Positions 44,473 to 54,679 of a stretch of DNA of 64,000 bases are shown here, in pieces; the stretch's first letter is position 1; each line of letters starts with the position of its first letter. Source of the DNA: Acidobacteriota bacterium (GTDB lineage: Bacteria > Acidobacteriota > Terriglobia > 20CM-2-55-15); the NCBI GenBank assembly GCA_003223875.1, contig QHWY01000105.1, positions 9,441-73,440 on the forward strand, in the 5' to 3' direction. The notes beneath the pieces are model-generated. The model searched no databases. It saw nothing but the letters and a program-made list of their open reading frames with translations, and was not told where the DNA came from. A program made the translations under genes and the position numbers.

Positions 44473-46476
44473 ATGCGTATAATGGGTCTGAATGTTATGA
44501 ATAAATATCTGCTCGTGTTCGTGCTGGCGGTTGGTTTCTTGACCACCGGTTTGGCAAACAGCGGATTTGCTCAGACGAAAGCGAATTCGCGCACCGAAGC
44601 TTATTACCACTTTTCGAAGGCGCGAATGCTCGATGATCAAGGGCAGTCAGCCCAGGCAATCGACGAATACAAGAAGGCGCTTGAACTGGATCCGAACAAT
44701 TCGTTGATTTTTTCCGAAATGGCCGAAAGTTATTTGCGAAACAACCGGCTGCGGGAAGCCGTCGATGTGGCGCAAAAGGCCATCCAGGCGGATCGCGACA
44801 ATATCGAGGCCCACAAGCTTTTGACCACGGTCTACCTACAGGTGATTGGAAGGGCCAGCGCGCAGCAACCGCCGAGCACGGAAACGATCAACAACGCCAT
44901 CCATGAATTTGAGGAGATCGTCCGGATCGATCCCACGGAACGCCAATCGTTCTTGATGCTCGGCCGGCTCTATCAAATCAAAGGCGAACGAGACAAGGCC
45001 GCCGATATCTATAAGAAATTCCTCGGAGTTGAACCGGGTTCTGAAGAAGGTGTGACGGCTCTTGCGAAGCTGCACATGGATGCGGGCAACTACAAGGAAG
45101 CGGTCGAATTGCTCGAAAGTTTTGTGAAGCAAAGGCCCGATTCCGACAGTGCTCTTCAGACGCTGGGTGAGGCGTACTCCGACATGCAAGAGTACGCTAA
45201 GGCGGCGGAGGCCTACAAGCGAGCCAGTGAACTCGATCCCGACAACGTCGAGCTTAAAAAGGCCGAGGCGCAGGCCTTGTTTCTCGCCGACGACATCGAT
45301 AGTGCCGGAAAAAGGTACGAAGATTTGATCAAGGTCGAGCCCGAGGACGGAGTCGCGCGGCTAAGACTCGGCCAAATCTATCGGCGTCAAATGAAATATG
45401 ATTTGGCGCGGCAGAACCTGGAGAAGGCGAGCCAGGCTTTCCCGGACAGCATCGAAATTCAATTCAATCTTGTCCTGCTCGATCGGGATCAAGGCCGGCT
45501 CGACGAGGCGCTGAAACTCGCGAACGATCTTCTCAAGAAGACCGAAAAAGCGAACGGCCGCTATACAGAAGCCGAGAAGCAAAATCGGCGGATTTTCCTC
45601 ATTAATCAGGCGATTTTGAATCAGACGCTTGGGAATTATAACGAGGCGGTGCGCACATTCACGGAAGTGAAGGGGCTCACCAATGAAAAAGACGGCCGCG
45701 TCGATGCCTTGATCATTGAGACCTATCGCCTCGCAAAGAATCTCGACAAGGCTCTGCAGCATACCGAGCAGGCGCTTTCAGAAACTCCGGGCAGCCGGCA
45801 GCTTCAAATGGTTCGTGCCGACCTCGTCGCAGAAAAAGGCAAGGTGGACGAAGGTATTAAAGCTCTTCAGCAATTACAAAGAGGAAACGAGGAAGATCTC
45901 GATGTGCTTTCGGCAATGGTGAGCGTGTATCAGCGCGCAAAGCGCTTTGATGATGCTCAGAATGTCCTCAATCGAGCGACTCAGCGTTTTCCCAACCAAG
46001 AGCAGGTACACTTCCTCCAAGGCTCGCTATACGAAAAGCAAAAGAAGTACAACGACGCTGAAAAGGCGTTTCGCAAGGCACTCGAAATCCAGAAAGACGA
46101 CCCGGCTGTCCTTAACTATTTGGGGTTCATGTTTGCCGACCGTGGAATCCGCCTGGACGAAGCGGAGGCTATGGTCCAAAAGGCCGTGCAGGCCGATCCG
46201 ACCAACGGTGCTTACCTCGACAGCTTGGGTTGGGTTTACTTCAAGCAGAACCGGTTCGATCGTGCTGAGGAATATTTGAAGAAGGCCATTGTTTTCCTGA
46301 GCACGGATTCCAACATCCATGACCATTTGGGCGATGTTTACTTCAAAACCAAACGGTATGACGAAGCCCGGGCCGAATGGAACAAGACGCTACAGCTATC
46401 GACGGAACCAGAAGAAATTGATAGGGTTAAGAAAAAACTGGACGAACTGAAAACAACGAAGGCAGCCAAAAAATAA
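44473..46476 (+). CDS. Secreted tetratricopeptide-repeat protein (start may be 44497)
   Basis: Signal peptide; many TPR units; C-terminal LNYLGF, AYLDSLGWVYF, DHLGD pattern. Confidence 0.9.
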   Translation: MRIMGLNVMNKYLLVFVLAVGFLTTGLANSGFAQTKANSRTEAYYHFSKARMLDDQGQSAQAIDEYKKALELDPNNSLIFSEMAESYLRNNRLREAVDVAQKAIQADRDNIEAHKLLTTVYLQVIGRASAQQPPSTETINNAIHEFEEIVRIDPTERQSFLMLGRLYQIKGERDKAADIYKKFLGVEPGSEEGVTALAKLHMDAGNYKEAVELLESFVKQRPDSDSALQTLGEAYSDMQEYAKAAEAYKRASELDPDNVELKKAEAQALFLADDIDSAGKRYEDLIKVEPEDGVARLRLGQIYRRQMKYDLARQNLEKASQAFPDSIEIQFNLVLLDRDQGRLDEALKLANDLLKKTEKANGRYTEAEKQNRRIFLINQAILNQTLGNYNEAVRTFTEVKGLTNEKDGRVDALIIETYRLAKNLDKALQHTEQALSETPGSRQLQMVRADLVAEKGKVDEGIKALQQLQRGNEEDLDVLSAMVSVYQRAKRFDDAQNVLNRATQRFPNQEQVHFLQGSLYEKQKKYNDAEKAFRKALEIQKDDPAVLNYLGFMFADRGIRLDEAEAMVQKAVQADPTNGAYLDSLGWVYFKQNRFDRAEEYLKKAIVFLSTDSNIHDHLGDVYFKTKRYDEARAEWNKTLQLSTEPEEIDRVKKKLDELKTTKAAKK

Positions 46477-46479
46477 TTC

Positions 46480-46504
46480 GAACCTACCTTTCCTCGTGGC
46501 TGTC
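46480..46504 (+). promoter_or_regulatory. Putative ECF sigma autoregulatory promoter
   Basis: GAAC-N17-TGTC about 20 nt upstream of the sigma ATG. Confidence 0.35.
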
Positions 46505-46524
46505 ATTATTTCAGACATCGACGG

Positions 46525-47073
46525 ATGAAGACGGTCGCTGTTCGAGCAGAAGACATTGATTTTGACGCTGCTGCTCGGGAGCATCGCCCGTTCTTGCTTC
46601 AAATAGCGGTCGCTTCAACGCGTAACCCGACAGACGCGGAAGACATTGTGCAAGAAGCTCTTATGCGCGGTTATCGAGGGATTAAGCGATTTCGAGGCGA
46701 CTGTCCGCTGCGGATCTGGTTGTCCCGTATCGTCGTTCGCGTGGCGATCAATCATCATCGGAGTCTCGCCCGCCGTGTGAAGCGGTGGGTCTTCTTTGGA
46801 GACCTGCAGTCGGTTTACGAAGATGGCTCGGTGCAGGAATTCGAACCGGCGGACCCGCGAGGCCTGTTCGATCGCGAGGCGGTGTTGGACATACGCAAAC
46901 ATGTGAACCGTCTTCCCGATGAGGTTCGGATGCCGCTGGTGATGCTGGCCGTGGATGGATTGACTATTCCGGAAATCGCCGGCATTCTCGAAATCCCGGA
47001 AGGAACGGTAAAGTCCAGAATCTTCTATGCGCGCAAGCGGCTGAAGCAGGCGTTGCAAGCTAGGAAAAGGTAA
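46525..47073 (+). CDS. ECF RNA polymerase sigma factor
   Basis: DAEDIVQE, WLSRI (region 2); EIAGILEIPEGTVKSRIFYAR (region 4). Confidence 0.92.
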   Translation: MKTVAVRAEDIDFDAAAREHRPFLLQIAVASTRNPTDAEDIVQEALMRGYRGIKRFRGDCPLRIWLSRIVVRVAINHHRSLARRVKRWVFFGDLQSVYEDGSVQEFEPADPRGLFDREAVLDIRKHVNRLPDEVRMPLVMLAVDGLTIPEIAGILEIPEGTVKSRIFYARKRLKQALQARKR

Positions 47074-47081
47074 GAATCAAG

Positions 47082-47921
47082 ATGACTGTTGATTGCCAAT
47101 GGATCGAGAAAAACTTGGAAGCCCTGTTCTGCGACACGCTGAGCCCGGAACAGAATCGGATTGCCCGGGCACATATCGAGAGCTGTGACTCTTGCGGAAA
47201 GGAAGTCGCGACCCTGAAAGCGATCGATCCACTGGTCAAAAGATACTTCCAAAGCGAACTCGATCGAGCGCTGAGGGTCCGTGTGGCTGGACGCCGCTTG
47301 CCGGCAAGTCGATTCCTCGGCCTCGGTTCGGCAGCACTGGTCGCAGCATCCGTGCTGCTCGTTTTTGCGTTGCGTACACCACCCCAGCGACCTGCCACCG
47401 CTGCAAGTTCCTCGGTGCAAGGAACGACCGAGTCTCAATCGTCAGAGGCAACACCTGTAGTGAAAAGTACGGATGCGGTAAATGTCGAACGCGCTAAGCC
47501 AGATGCAAGTGCGTCGGTTGAGCCCCCGCAAACCGCTCGTGCTGCCGCTGCGACTAACGAGAACGCTCCTCAATTCCTTGTGACCGACCCGGCAGGATAT
47601 TCGCGCACTCTTAGCGATTACCGCGGTTATGTCTTGGTTATCGGCGTTCTAAACGTCCGTCAGGCCGATTCGGCATCAAATCTCGAGCGCCTGTATAAAG
47701 CTTTCGGCTCGAATCCAAAATTCCGGTTCGTTGCCGTCTCCCTCGACCGCCAGCCCAGACCTGCGGAAACAACGTTCCCCGTAACTTACAATGAGGGTTC
47801 TACGCTGTTTGGTGCCAAACCGGGAGACTTTGTGCTGCTGGATCAAACTGGATCGATTCAGTTGCGCGGCTCGCTCGTCAAGGATTACGACAGCCTTTTC
47901 AAGCGGTTACAGGAAAACTAG
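47082..47921 (+). CDS. Zinc-binding (ZAS/zf-HC2) anti-sigma factor with TM helix and periplasmic thioredoxin-like domain
   Basis: HIESCDSC (HxxxCxxC); TM segment; APQFLVTD..G..RTLSDYRG redoxin-like start. Confidence 0.8.
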   Translation: MTVDCQWIEKNLEALFCDTLSPEQNRIARAHIESCDSCGKEVATLKAIDPLVKRYFQSELDRALRVRVAGRRLPASRFLGLGSAALVAASVLLVFALRTPPQRPATAASSSVQGTTESQSSEATPVVKSTDAVNVERAKPDASASVEPPQTARAAAATNENAPQFLVTDPAGYSRTLSDYRGYVLVIGVLNVRQADSASNLERLYKAFGSNPKFRFVAVSLDRQPRPAETTFPVTYNEGSTLFGAKPGDFVLLDQTGSIQLRGSLVKDYDSLFKRLQEN

Positions 47922-47940
47922 TTAGACAGGTTGGTTTCAA

Positions 47941-48070
47941 GTCTTTGCAGCCTTGTATTTCCCAAAACAACACTGCTGCCGCGTTTGCAACGTTGCTTTT
48001 CCAATAGCAACACTGCCGGCCCGTTTGTAGCGCTGCTTTTGCAAAAACAACACTGCTGCCGCGTTTCCAA
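47941..48070. repeat. Tandem array, 40-bp period (alternating 20-bp units), about 3.3 copies
   Basis: caacactgc at 47968, 48008, 48048; tttg.a.c..tg..ttt blocks at 40-bp spacing in between. Confidence 0.75.
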
Positions 48071-48080
48071 CAGAGACCTT

Positions 48081-48392
48081 CTAGTGTGGTGTCCCACTTC
48101 GTGTTTGACACCGATTTGGGGTGGGTGCATTCCCCTCCTTGCAAAGGAGGGGTGGACGCGCCATTAGCAAAATGGATCCGTTCCGAAAAAAGGCGCGGAC
48201 GGGGTGGTCGCTCACAAGCGATGCTTCGGAATGCGTTTGTGCAACGTGGCGCGTGAGCGACCACCCCGTCTGCGGCTCTTCGGTGGCTTCGCGACTTTTG
48301 ATTGATGCCGCAGCCACCCCTTTGTAAGGAGGGGAATGTACCCAAACTGAAACATGTCTGCTTCTCAAAATTTATTTGGGACACCACACTAG
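48081..48392. mobile_element. 312-bp MITE-like element with CTAG ends enclosing a CCCCTCC-family REPIN
   Basis: 16-bp IR ctagtgtggtgtccca / tgggacaccacactag; inner IR cattcccctcctt...aaggaggggaatg (48128-48338); right CTAG contains the TBDR stop. Confidence 0.75.
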
Positions 48393-51355
48393 AAAACAAT
48401 CTTCGCAGCCAGTTGAAGGATGCGCGGATCGTAGACCGACTGCGGCCAGCCGAAGGCGGTCGACGGCATTGCCGGGTTGGCCAGAGGCCGGAAGAAACCT
48501 CCGCTGAAGGTATAACGCGTCGTTAACATGCCGCTGATATTCGCGCGATTGGTTACGTTGAACAGCTCAGCAATCAACTGAAGACGCACGCGTTCGCTTT
48601 GGAGCGGAACGTCCTTGCTGAGGCGCAGGTCGACGGCAACGAATTCAGGGCCGCGGATCGTATTCCGGCCGATTCCCGGTGTGCGGTCATTGGCAGTATT
48701 GCTATCGTTGCCGGGATCACCCGTGGTGACGTCGTTGAATGCACGGCCCGACTGGGCCTGTGTGATCAGGCCAAAGTGCCAATCATTCAGGAATCCCTTG
48801 AGCACTGGATTTGAGACGGAATTGGCGTAGTTGATGTCCCAAACTCCTGATAGCACGAAACGGTGACGGATATCGGAAGCCCCTGGCCCGCGGTCAAAAT
48901 TGGGAGCTAAGGTGTCCTGAGCCACCTTGGCATCGTCGCCGGCATTGCCGGGTACGACGGAAGTGGCATCGGGCGTGGTATCCAGTACTTTGGAAAACGT
49001 ATAGGACACTTGCGCCTCGAAACGATCGGCAAACCGGCGCTGAAAATGGACGAATCCACCGTGATAAATCGCGTTACCTCCGCTGTCGAACAGCGAGATG
49101 CGGCCGAAGGCTGGATTTGGACGTGCCGGTCCAGTTGTCCCGGGATGGCGGAAATACGTGACAGGTGTTCCCTCTGCCGCTGTGCACACCGCGAAAGTCG
49201 GACAGATATATCCAGTGGTGGGCTGTGAAGGAAGCAAGTTGATGTCCCGCGTTCGAGTCAGGTGCGTACCGTTAACCCCAAGATAGCCGACCGTCACGCT
49301 AGAGCCGCGGCCCGCCGCGATTTCAGTTTGCACGCTGAACTGCTGTGTTCTGGGGGTCTTGAAGTTCCGGTCGGTGACATAAATATCCGGCGGAGAACCG
49401 GCTCCCGGTGGCGCGGCTAAAATGTTGGGGTACGTCGGGAGATTCGTTATAACCAGAAACTGCTGAGTCGCGAAACCGTTATTGAGTATCGCCGTACTCA
49501 GCAGCAATCCGGGTGTCCGAGCGTAATAAATGCCATATCCGCCGCGCACAACTATTTTCTCGGTATTGGTAACGCGATATGCAAATCCAACTCGCGGTCC
49601 CAAATTAATGGAATCTGTGGGAATTCGGTCGGTACGGAGATCGGCTGCCGCGAGCTGCGCGTTGGGATTCTGATAGTCCGGTTGACGATATTTGAAATAG
49701 TCGTACCGGAGTCCATAGTTCAACGTCAACCGCTCAGTCGTGCGCCAGGAATCTTGCGCAAAGAACGCCCACTCATTGACGTCGGGATGGCTTATCGGGG
49801 CTCCGTTACCCCTACCGGCAAAGGACTGCCGAAAATTAGAAGGCGTTCCATTGAGGAAGTCGTTCCAACTATTGTATGTATAACCACCGGCGAAGAATCC
49901 CGGGAAATAGTTTTCCGCGCGCAGGAAGTTGAAATCGAAGCCCATTTTGTACGAATGGCGTCCACGCAAATAAGACAATGAGCCCGTTGGCTGGTACGCA
50001 TAGGTGTTCGTGAACCGTGGACTGAAATTGTTGGCGCCGAAAAGTACTCCATTAATGATGTTGACCTCCGGCCCCGCCGTGTTGGCAAATCCCGGTTGTT
50101 TATCCTGTACAAAGTTGAAGTGCATCTCCGCGACCATTCGAGAGCTCAGAGTCCGGTTGTAGACGAGCGCGATATTGTCGGTGTTGACTTCGTTGTTGCC
50201 GGAGTGCTCCTCAGCGACACTTGAACCGAAAGATTCCTGATTAAGACCTGTATAGCGGCTCAGGTTGTATCGGATACTGAGCCGGTCTCTATCGGAGATG
50301 TTCCAATCGCCCTTCACGAGTCCCAAGTTATTTTCCAAACCTATCAGGTAGGGCTTCAGATATTTCCCGAACGGACCTGCCACACCGCCTGGCGGCGTGA
50401 CGTTCGGCACCACGATATTTGTCACTTTGTTCCGCTGCGCGTCGTAGCTCAGGAAGAAGAACAGCTTGTCGCGCTGGATCGGTCCACCGAAAGTTCCACC
50501 GAACTGGTTGAAATGATATGGACTCTTCGGCATCCTGTTACGGTTATTGATGAAGGTATTGGCGTTGATTCCTTTGTCTCGATAAAACTCAAATGCTGAT
50601 CCATGGAAGTCATTGGTTCCGCTGCGCGTGATGACGTTGATCACGCCTCCGCCGGCGCGTCCGATTTCAGCCGCGAAAGCGTTGGAATTCACCTGAAATT
50701 CCTGTATCGCACCCTGGCTGAATGCAGGAGGTCGAAAACCGGTTCGGCCTGTCGCCTGACCAAAGAACAGATTGTTCGAATCCGCGCCGTCCACCAGCAT
50801 CGCATTGCTTGGACCGCGCTGGCCACCAAAAGCCAGATCGCCACTCCGAGTCGGATCCCTAACGACACCTGGAGTCAGAACGGCCAGATCGAGAAAACTT
50901 CTGCCGTTGAGCGGCAGATCGGCAACGGAGCGCATATCGATTGTAGTTGCCACATTCGAACGCGTCGTTTCGATCACCGGGATTACATCCGCGACAGACA
51001 CGCTCTCCGTGATCCCGCCAACTTCCAATTTGGCGTCCACAGTTACGACGGCACCGACGGTTAAAGGGACATTCTTTTGAATGACCATCTTGAAACCCGG
51101 GGCCTCTATAGTTAAGTCGTAATTCCCGGAAGGCAGACCACCGAATCTGTAAAGGCCGGCATTCGTGGTTTCCATGGCTCTCGTAAGACCAATCTCCGTG
51201 CTGTGAACCGCGACCTTTGCGCCTGCGACAACAGCGTTCGATGGATCGGTCACCACACCATTGAGAGTAGCGCTGGCGATCTCCGACTGTGCGAACAGGA
51301 ATCCACCGCAGAGCAGAACAATAGTGATGGCTATCGAAACGAGTTTCTTGGACAT
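48389..51355 (-). CDS. TonB-dependent receptor (Oar-like, N-terminal carboxypeptidase-regulatory domain)
   Basis: Signal peptide; G.V.DPS.AVV.GA.V; LPLNGR; IQEFQV...F.AE.GR..GG; C-terminal PR.LQL..K..F. Confidence 0.92.
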   Translation of the reverse strand: MSKKLVSIAITIVLLCGGFLFAQSEIASATLNGVVTDPSNAVVAGAKVAVHSTEIGLTRAMETTNAGLYRFGGLPSGNYDLTIEAPGFKMVIQKNVPLTVGAVVTVDAKLEVGGITESVSVADVIPVIETTRSNVATTIDMRSVADLPLNGRSFLDLAVLTPGVVRDPTRSGDLAFGGQRGPSNAMLVDGADSNNLFFGQATGRTGFRPPAFSQGAIQEFQVNSNAFAAEIGRAGGGVINVITRSGTNDFHGSAFEFYRDKGINANTFINNRNRMPKSPYHFNQFGGTFGGPIQRDKLFFFLSYDAQRNKVTNIVVPNVTPPGGVAGPFGKYLKPYLIGLENNLGLVKGDWNISDRDRLSIRYNLSRYTGLNQESFGSSVAEEHSGNNEVNTDNIALVYNRTLSSRMVAEMHFNFVQDKQPGFANTAGPEVNIINGVLFGANNFSPRFTNTYAYQPTGSLSYLRGRHSYKMGFDFNFLRAENYFPGFFAGGYTYNSWNDFLNGTPSNFRQSFAGRGNGAPISHPDVNEWAFFAQDSWRTTERLTLNYGLRYDYFKYRQPDYQNPNAQLAAADLRTDRIPTDSINLGPRVGFAYRVTNTEKIVVRGGYGIYYARTPGLLLSTAILNNGFATQQFLVITNLPTYPNILAAPPGAGSPPDIYVTDRNFKTPRTQQFSVQTEIAAGRGSSVTVGYLGVNGTHLTRTRDINLLPSQPTTGYICPTFAVCTAAEGTPVTYFRHPGTTGPARPNPAFGRISLFDSGGNAIYHGGFVHFQRRFADRFEAQVSYTFSKVLDTTPDATSVVPGNAGDDAKVAQDTLAPNFDRGPGASDIRHRFVLSGVWDINYANSVSNPVLKGFLNDWHFGLITQAQSGRAFNDVTTGDPGNDSNTANDRTPGIGRNTIRGPEFVAVDLRLSKDVPLQSERVRLQLIAELFNVTNRANISGMLTTRYTFSGGFFRPLANPAMPSTAFGWPQSVYDPRILQLAAKIVF

Positions 51356-51380
51356 GACAGGCACTGTTTCCTTTCTCTTA

Positions 51381-54300
51381 TTAGAACACCGCACGCAACG
51401 ACACCTGAGCGCGACGAGCATTGGTGCCATCCGGACTGCTCGCTGTCGAACTGCCGGTCCCGTAGGATGGAATGTAGCTCAGCGTCGACCCAGTCAGACT
51501 GTATTCGTCCGTACGGCGGCTCGTGTTGTACTGCCTATTGAATACGTTGAAAGCTTCAAAAGTGAGATAACCTGTAACGCGATCTGTGATTGGAATCCTC
51601 TTGGAGAGGCGCGCATCGAAGCGATAGATGCGATCCAAATCCAGATTGCTGACCGGCTGAAATGGCACGCGGAAACTGCAGCCGCAGCCATTGAGTGAGC
51701 CGGCAACCAGGGCACCGGTGAAGGCATTCCCGGAGACCGCTGTCGTAGAGTTAACAGGTCGCGACGACTGGAGCGTTGTTATTTCGCTCAACTGCCAATT
51801 GTTGATGAGATGACGGGCCAAGGCGCTGCTACTCGTGCTGAATGTCGGACTCCAAACAAAGCTAATTGCTGCGCGATGGCGGATGTCATTTGCTGCTGAA
51901 CCTTTTTCAGCGGCAAAGTTGCCGTTGTCGTAGCTCGTGGGGCCTGAGTCATAGAAGACATTGGGATCTCCGGTCGGTTGGTTGAAGTCGATCGCGTGCG
52001 ACCAGGTATAGGACACCGACGCCTGAAATCCGCGGCTGTACCGCTTATTCACCTGAATGGCCAACCCATCGAAATAGCTCAGTCCGGGATTTTCGAGCTC
52101 GTTGACTCGGCGGTATCTGGGATCGACTCTTGTACGATAAGTGGGCGTTGTGTAAGTTCCGGCTACATTCCCAGTGCGGTCCAGAATCGTATACGTGACC
52201 GGCGGCCCCAGAGCTCCAACGTTCAAGTCTCTGACGCCATACAACCGCACGCCCCGGCTCCACAAATAAGAGATACTGAGATCGATATTCGTCGTGAGCT
52301 GCCGCTCGATAGCAAGGTTGGCTTGATGCGTGTACGGGTTTCGCAGGCTCTTGTCCGCAAATGTGATGTCGACCGTTCCAGGAAGCGGATTGAACGCCGT
52401 GGAAGGAAGATAATTCGGATAGACTGGGCCCGCAGCGAGCTGCTCGGATGTGGCGCTATTGTATGTGATGGCTTTGCGATAGACGTTGTTATTAGTGAAG
52501 AGCCTGTTGATCAGCCCTGACTGATATCGGGCGAAAAACATGCCATATCCGGCGCGAATCACCGAATTCGAGTTGATCCTATAGGAAACACCGGCCCGCG
52601 GAGCAATGTTGTCCGTTGCAGAGTGGATGGTACCGGTCTGCGGGTAGTCCGGATTGACGACGGTAGGACGAGGGATTGAGGTGTAGTCATACCGCAGGCC
52701 GAAATTCAGCACCACGTCGGGATTGATGCGAAACTGATCCTGCGCATACAAACCGTACGTCTTCAGGTTGATATCGACGACCGGGTTTCCGAACGCTTGC
52801 GAGTACGTGGTCCAGTTCTTCAAACCCGCCGTGTTTCCGCTAAAGTCCAACGCAAAATTGTTTAGCGTGAGATAACTGTAACTGCCATACCGATTGATAA
52901 GCTGCTCCTGATAATCTTCGGTGTGCATGATATCAACGCCGAATTTCATCGTATGCGCACCAGTATTCCAGCTCACATTGTCGGCGTACTCGAAGCGGGT
53001 CTCGCTCGGATTCAATCGTGGATAGGCGTTGGCAAGACCCAAATTACTTGTGCTGTTGATTGTCAGGCTGGCCAGACCGAGGCCTGGATAAAGGAAGTCC
53101 GGGCTTGCAGGGTCGTACAACCGATCCTTGAACCATCCGAAGCGGGCTTCGTTGACGACGCGTGGACTTACGATGGTCGTTAACTGTGCGCGCCCGTATG
53201 CGTCCCGGACCGTGGAGTCGGCATTGTTACCTATGGCATTTCCGTTGGAAAAAACGATTCCGGTTGCCTGTATGCCGTGCGGAGAAATCCAGCGCAAGCC
53301 GCTCAGACTGAAGCTCAGACTATTCCGGTCGTTTAACCGGTAATCCATCTTGCCAAAACCGAGATCCTGCTGCACGGTTCGCGAGACGGTTCCGAAATTA
53401 CGCGTTGTCAGCACCTGGATCGCTGTTTGACACTGCGCTGCCGTCGCTTGGATGGTTGCGGTCGGGTTGGGACAGGGGTTCCTCGCCGCATCCAATGTAC
53501 CGGCCGCGGTGAAAAGGTTTGCGCTCGTGACTGTGGCGATCGCCGGAAAGTTCCGCCGCGTGGCTTCGTAATTGAAGAAGTAGAACAGCTTGTCTTTGAT
53601 CAATGAACCGCCCAAGCTCGCGCCGGCCTGATGTCGAATGTCCTGAGGATTGAAACTGGCATAACGGTCACGCGCGTTCAAACTTCGATTGCGAAAGAAC
53701 CAGTAGGCGGTTCCGTGAACGTCGTTGCTTCCGCTCTTGGTGATCGTGTTCACCACGCCGCCCATCGCTTGGCCATATTCAGCAGCATAATTATTGGAGA
53801 TGACCTGGAATTCCTGCACGGCCTCTTGAGAAATCGGGCTGGTGATCCGCGTCCGTCCGGCGTTCTCGTTGTAAAACGTGTTGGTCGTGTCATTCCCGTC
53901 GGTCAGAAAGGCATTGTGGCCGCCAATGCCGCGAAAACTCAGCAGACCGAACGCACCGTCGGGGACAACAGCCGGTGTCAGCAGAACGAAAGAATCGACC
54001 CGCCGGCCATTGATTGGCAGTTCGATAATCTGCCTTGAATTCACCAGTTGGGAGACGTCGGTCTTCGTGTCTTCGAGCAGTACTGCTTCGGCCGTGACTT
54101 CGACGCTCGTCTCCGTGCCCGCCACGGCCAGCTCCACATGAAGATCGATATTCTGGCCAACCGCCAATGTGATTCCTGTCGCTTGGTAAGTTGCGAAGGC
54201 ACTCTTATTGACGGTTACGCTGTACCCTTCCGCAGGAATGAGAGCGGGGGCGGTAAATACGCCCTGTCCGTTTGTATCCAGATTACGCCGGATTCCCTTG

Positions 54301-54458
54301 GCCTCATTCGAGATCACAACGGAAGCACCGGGAACTGCGGCTTTCGAGGCGTCCTGCACCACTCCGGAAATGCTTCCGAGACCGGCACCCGACTGGCCAA
54401 GCGCATGCGCTGCAAAAGCAAAAATTAAAACAACTAAAATCGCACTCTTTCGCTTCAT
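51381..54458 (-). CDS. TonB-dependent receptor (Oar-like)
   Basis: Signal peptide; LPINGRR; AVQEFQV..NNY.AEYG...GGVVNTITKSG; terminal Phe. Confidence 0.92.
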   Translation of the reverse strand: MKRKSAILVVLIFAFAAHALGQSGAGLGSISGVVQDASKAAVPGASVVISNEAKGIRRNLDTNGQGVFTAPALIPAEGYSVTVNKSAFATYQATGITLAVGQNIDLHVELAVAGTETSVEVTAEAVLLEDTKTDVSQLVNSRQIIELPINGRRVDSFVLLTPAVVPDGAFGLLSFRGIGGHNAFLTDGNDTTNTFYNENAGRTRITSPISQEAVQEFQVISNNYAAEYGQAMGGVVNTITKSGSNDVHGTAYWFFRNRSLNARDRYASFNPQDIRHQAGASLGGSLIKDKLFYFFNYEATRRNFPAIATVTSANLFTAAGTLDAARNPCPNPTATIQATAAQCQTAIQVLTTRNFGTVSRTVQQDLGFGKMDYRLNDRNSLSFSLSGLRWISPHGIQATGIVFSNGNAIGNNADSTVRDAYGRAQLTTIVSPRVVNEARFGWFKDRLYDPASPDFLYPGLGLASLTINSTSNLGLANAYPRLNPSETRFEYADNVSWNTGAHTMKFGVDIMHTEDYQEQLINRYGSYSYLTLNNFALDFSGNTAGLKNWTTYSQAFGNPVVDINLKTYGLYAQDQFRINPDVVLNFGLRYDYTSIPRPTVVNPDYPQTGTIHSATDNIAPRAGVSYRINSNSVIRAGYGMFFARYQSGLINRLFTNNNVYRKAITYNSATSEQLAAGPVYPNYLPSTAFNPLPGTVDITFADKSLRNPYTHQANLAIERQLTTNIDLSISYLWSRGVRLYGVRDLNVGALGPPVTYTILDRTGNVAGTYTTPTYRTRVDPRYRRVNELENPGLSYFDGLAIQVNKRYSRGFQASVSYTWSHAIDFNQPTGDPNVFYDSGPTSYDNGNFAAEKGSAANDIRHRAAISFVWSPTFSTSSSALARHLINNWQLSEITTLQSSRPVNSTTAVSGNAFTGALVAGSLNGCGCSFRVPFQPVSNLDLDRIYRFDARLSKRIPITDRVTGYLTFEAFNVFNRQYNTSRRTDEYSLTGSTLSYIPSYGTGSSTASSPDGTNARRAQVSLRAVF

Positions 54459-54473
54459 AGGTTTCCCCCCCCA

Positions 54474-54562
54474 AAACCGCAGCCGAAAAAGCACACAAAG
54501 AACAGTCTTCCCTAGTGCGGTTTCTTGTGCCTTTTTGTGATCTTCATTGTGCCTTTTGTGGT
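54474..54562. repeat. Degenerate CCACAAA-family palindrome upstream of the TBDR
   Basis: cttgtgcctttttgtgatcttcattgtgccttttgtggtt arm with a degenerate partner. Confidence 0.55.
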
Positions 54563-54679
54563 TCGTTCCCTTTTTGCGGTGCAAAGCACCCACGCAAACT
54601 CAAAAACGACGGGGAAAGATAATACACGTTTCGCGCCAGCGAGAAAGTAAATTGCTCGTTACGATTAAACTGCAGACGT

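Noticed and set aside
47941-48070. CRISPR array
   Set aside because: The alternating blocks are similar to each other rather than unique spacers, units are too short, and there are no cas genes
47899-48399. 166-aa and shorter ORFs between the anti-sigma and TBDR genes
   Set aside because: Translations of the tandem array and MITE/REPIN
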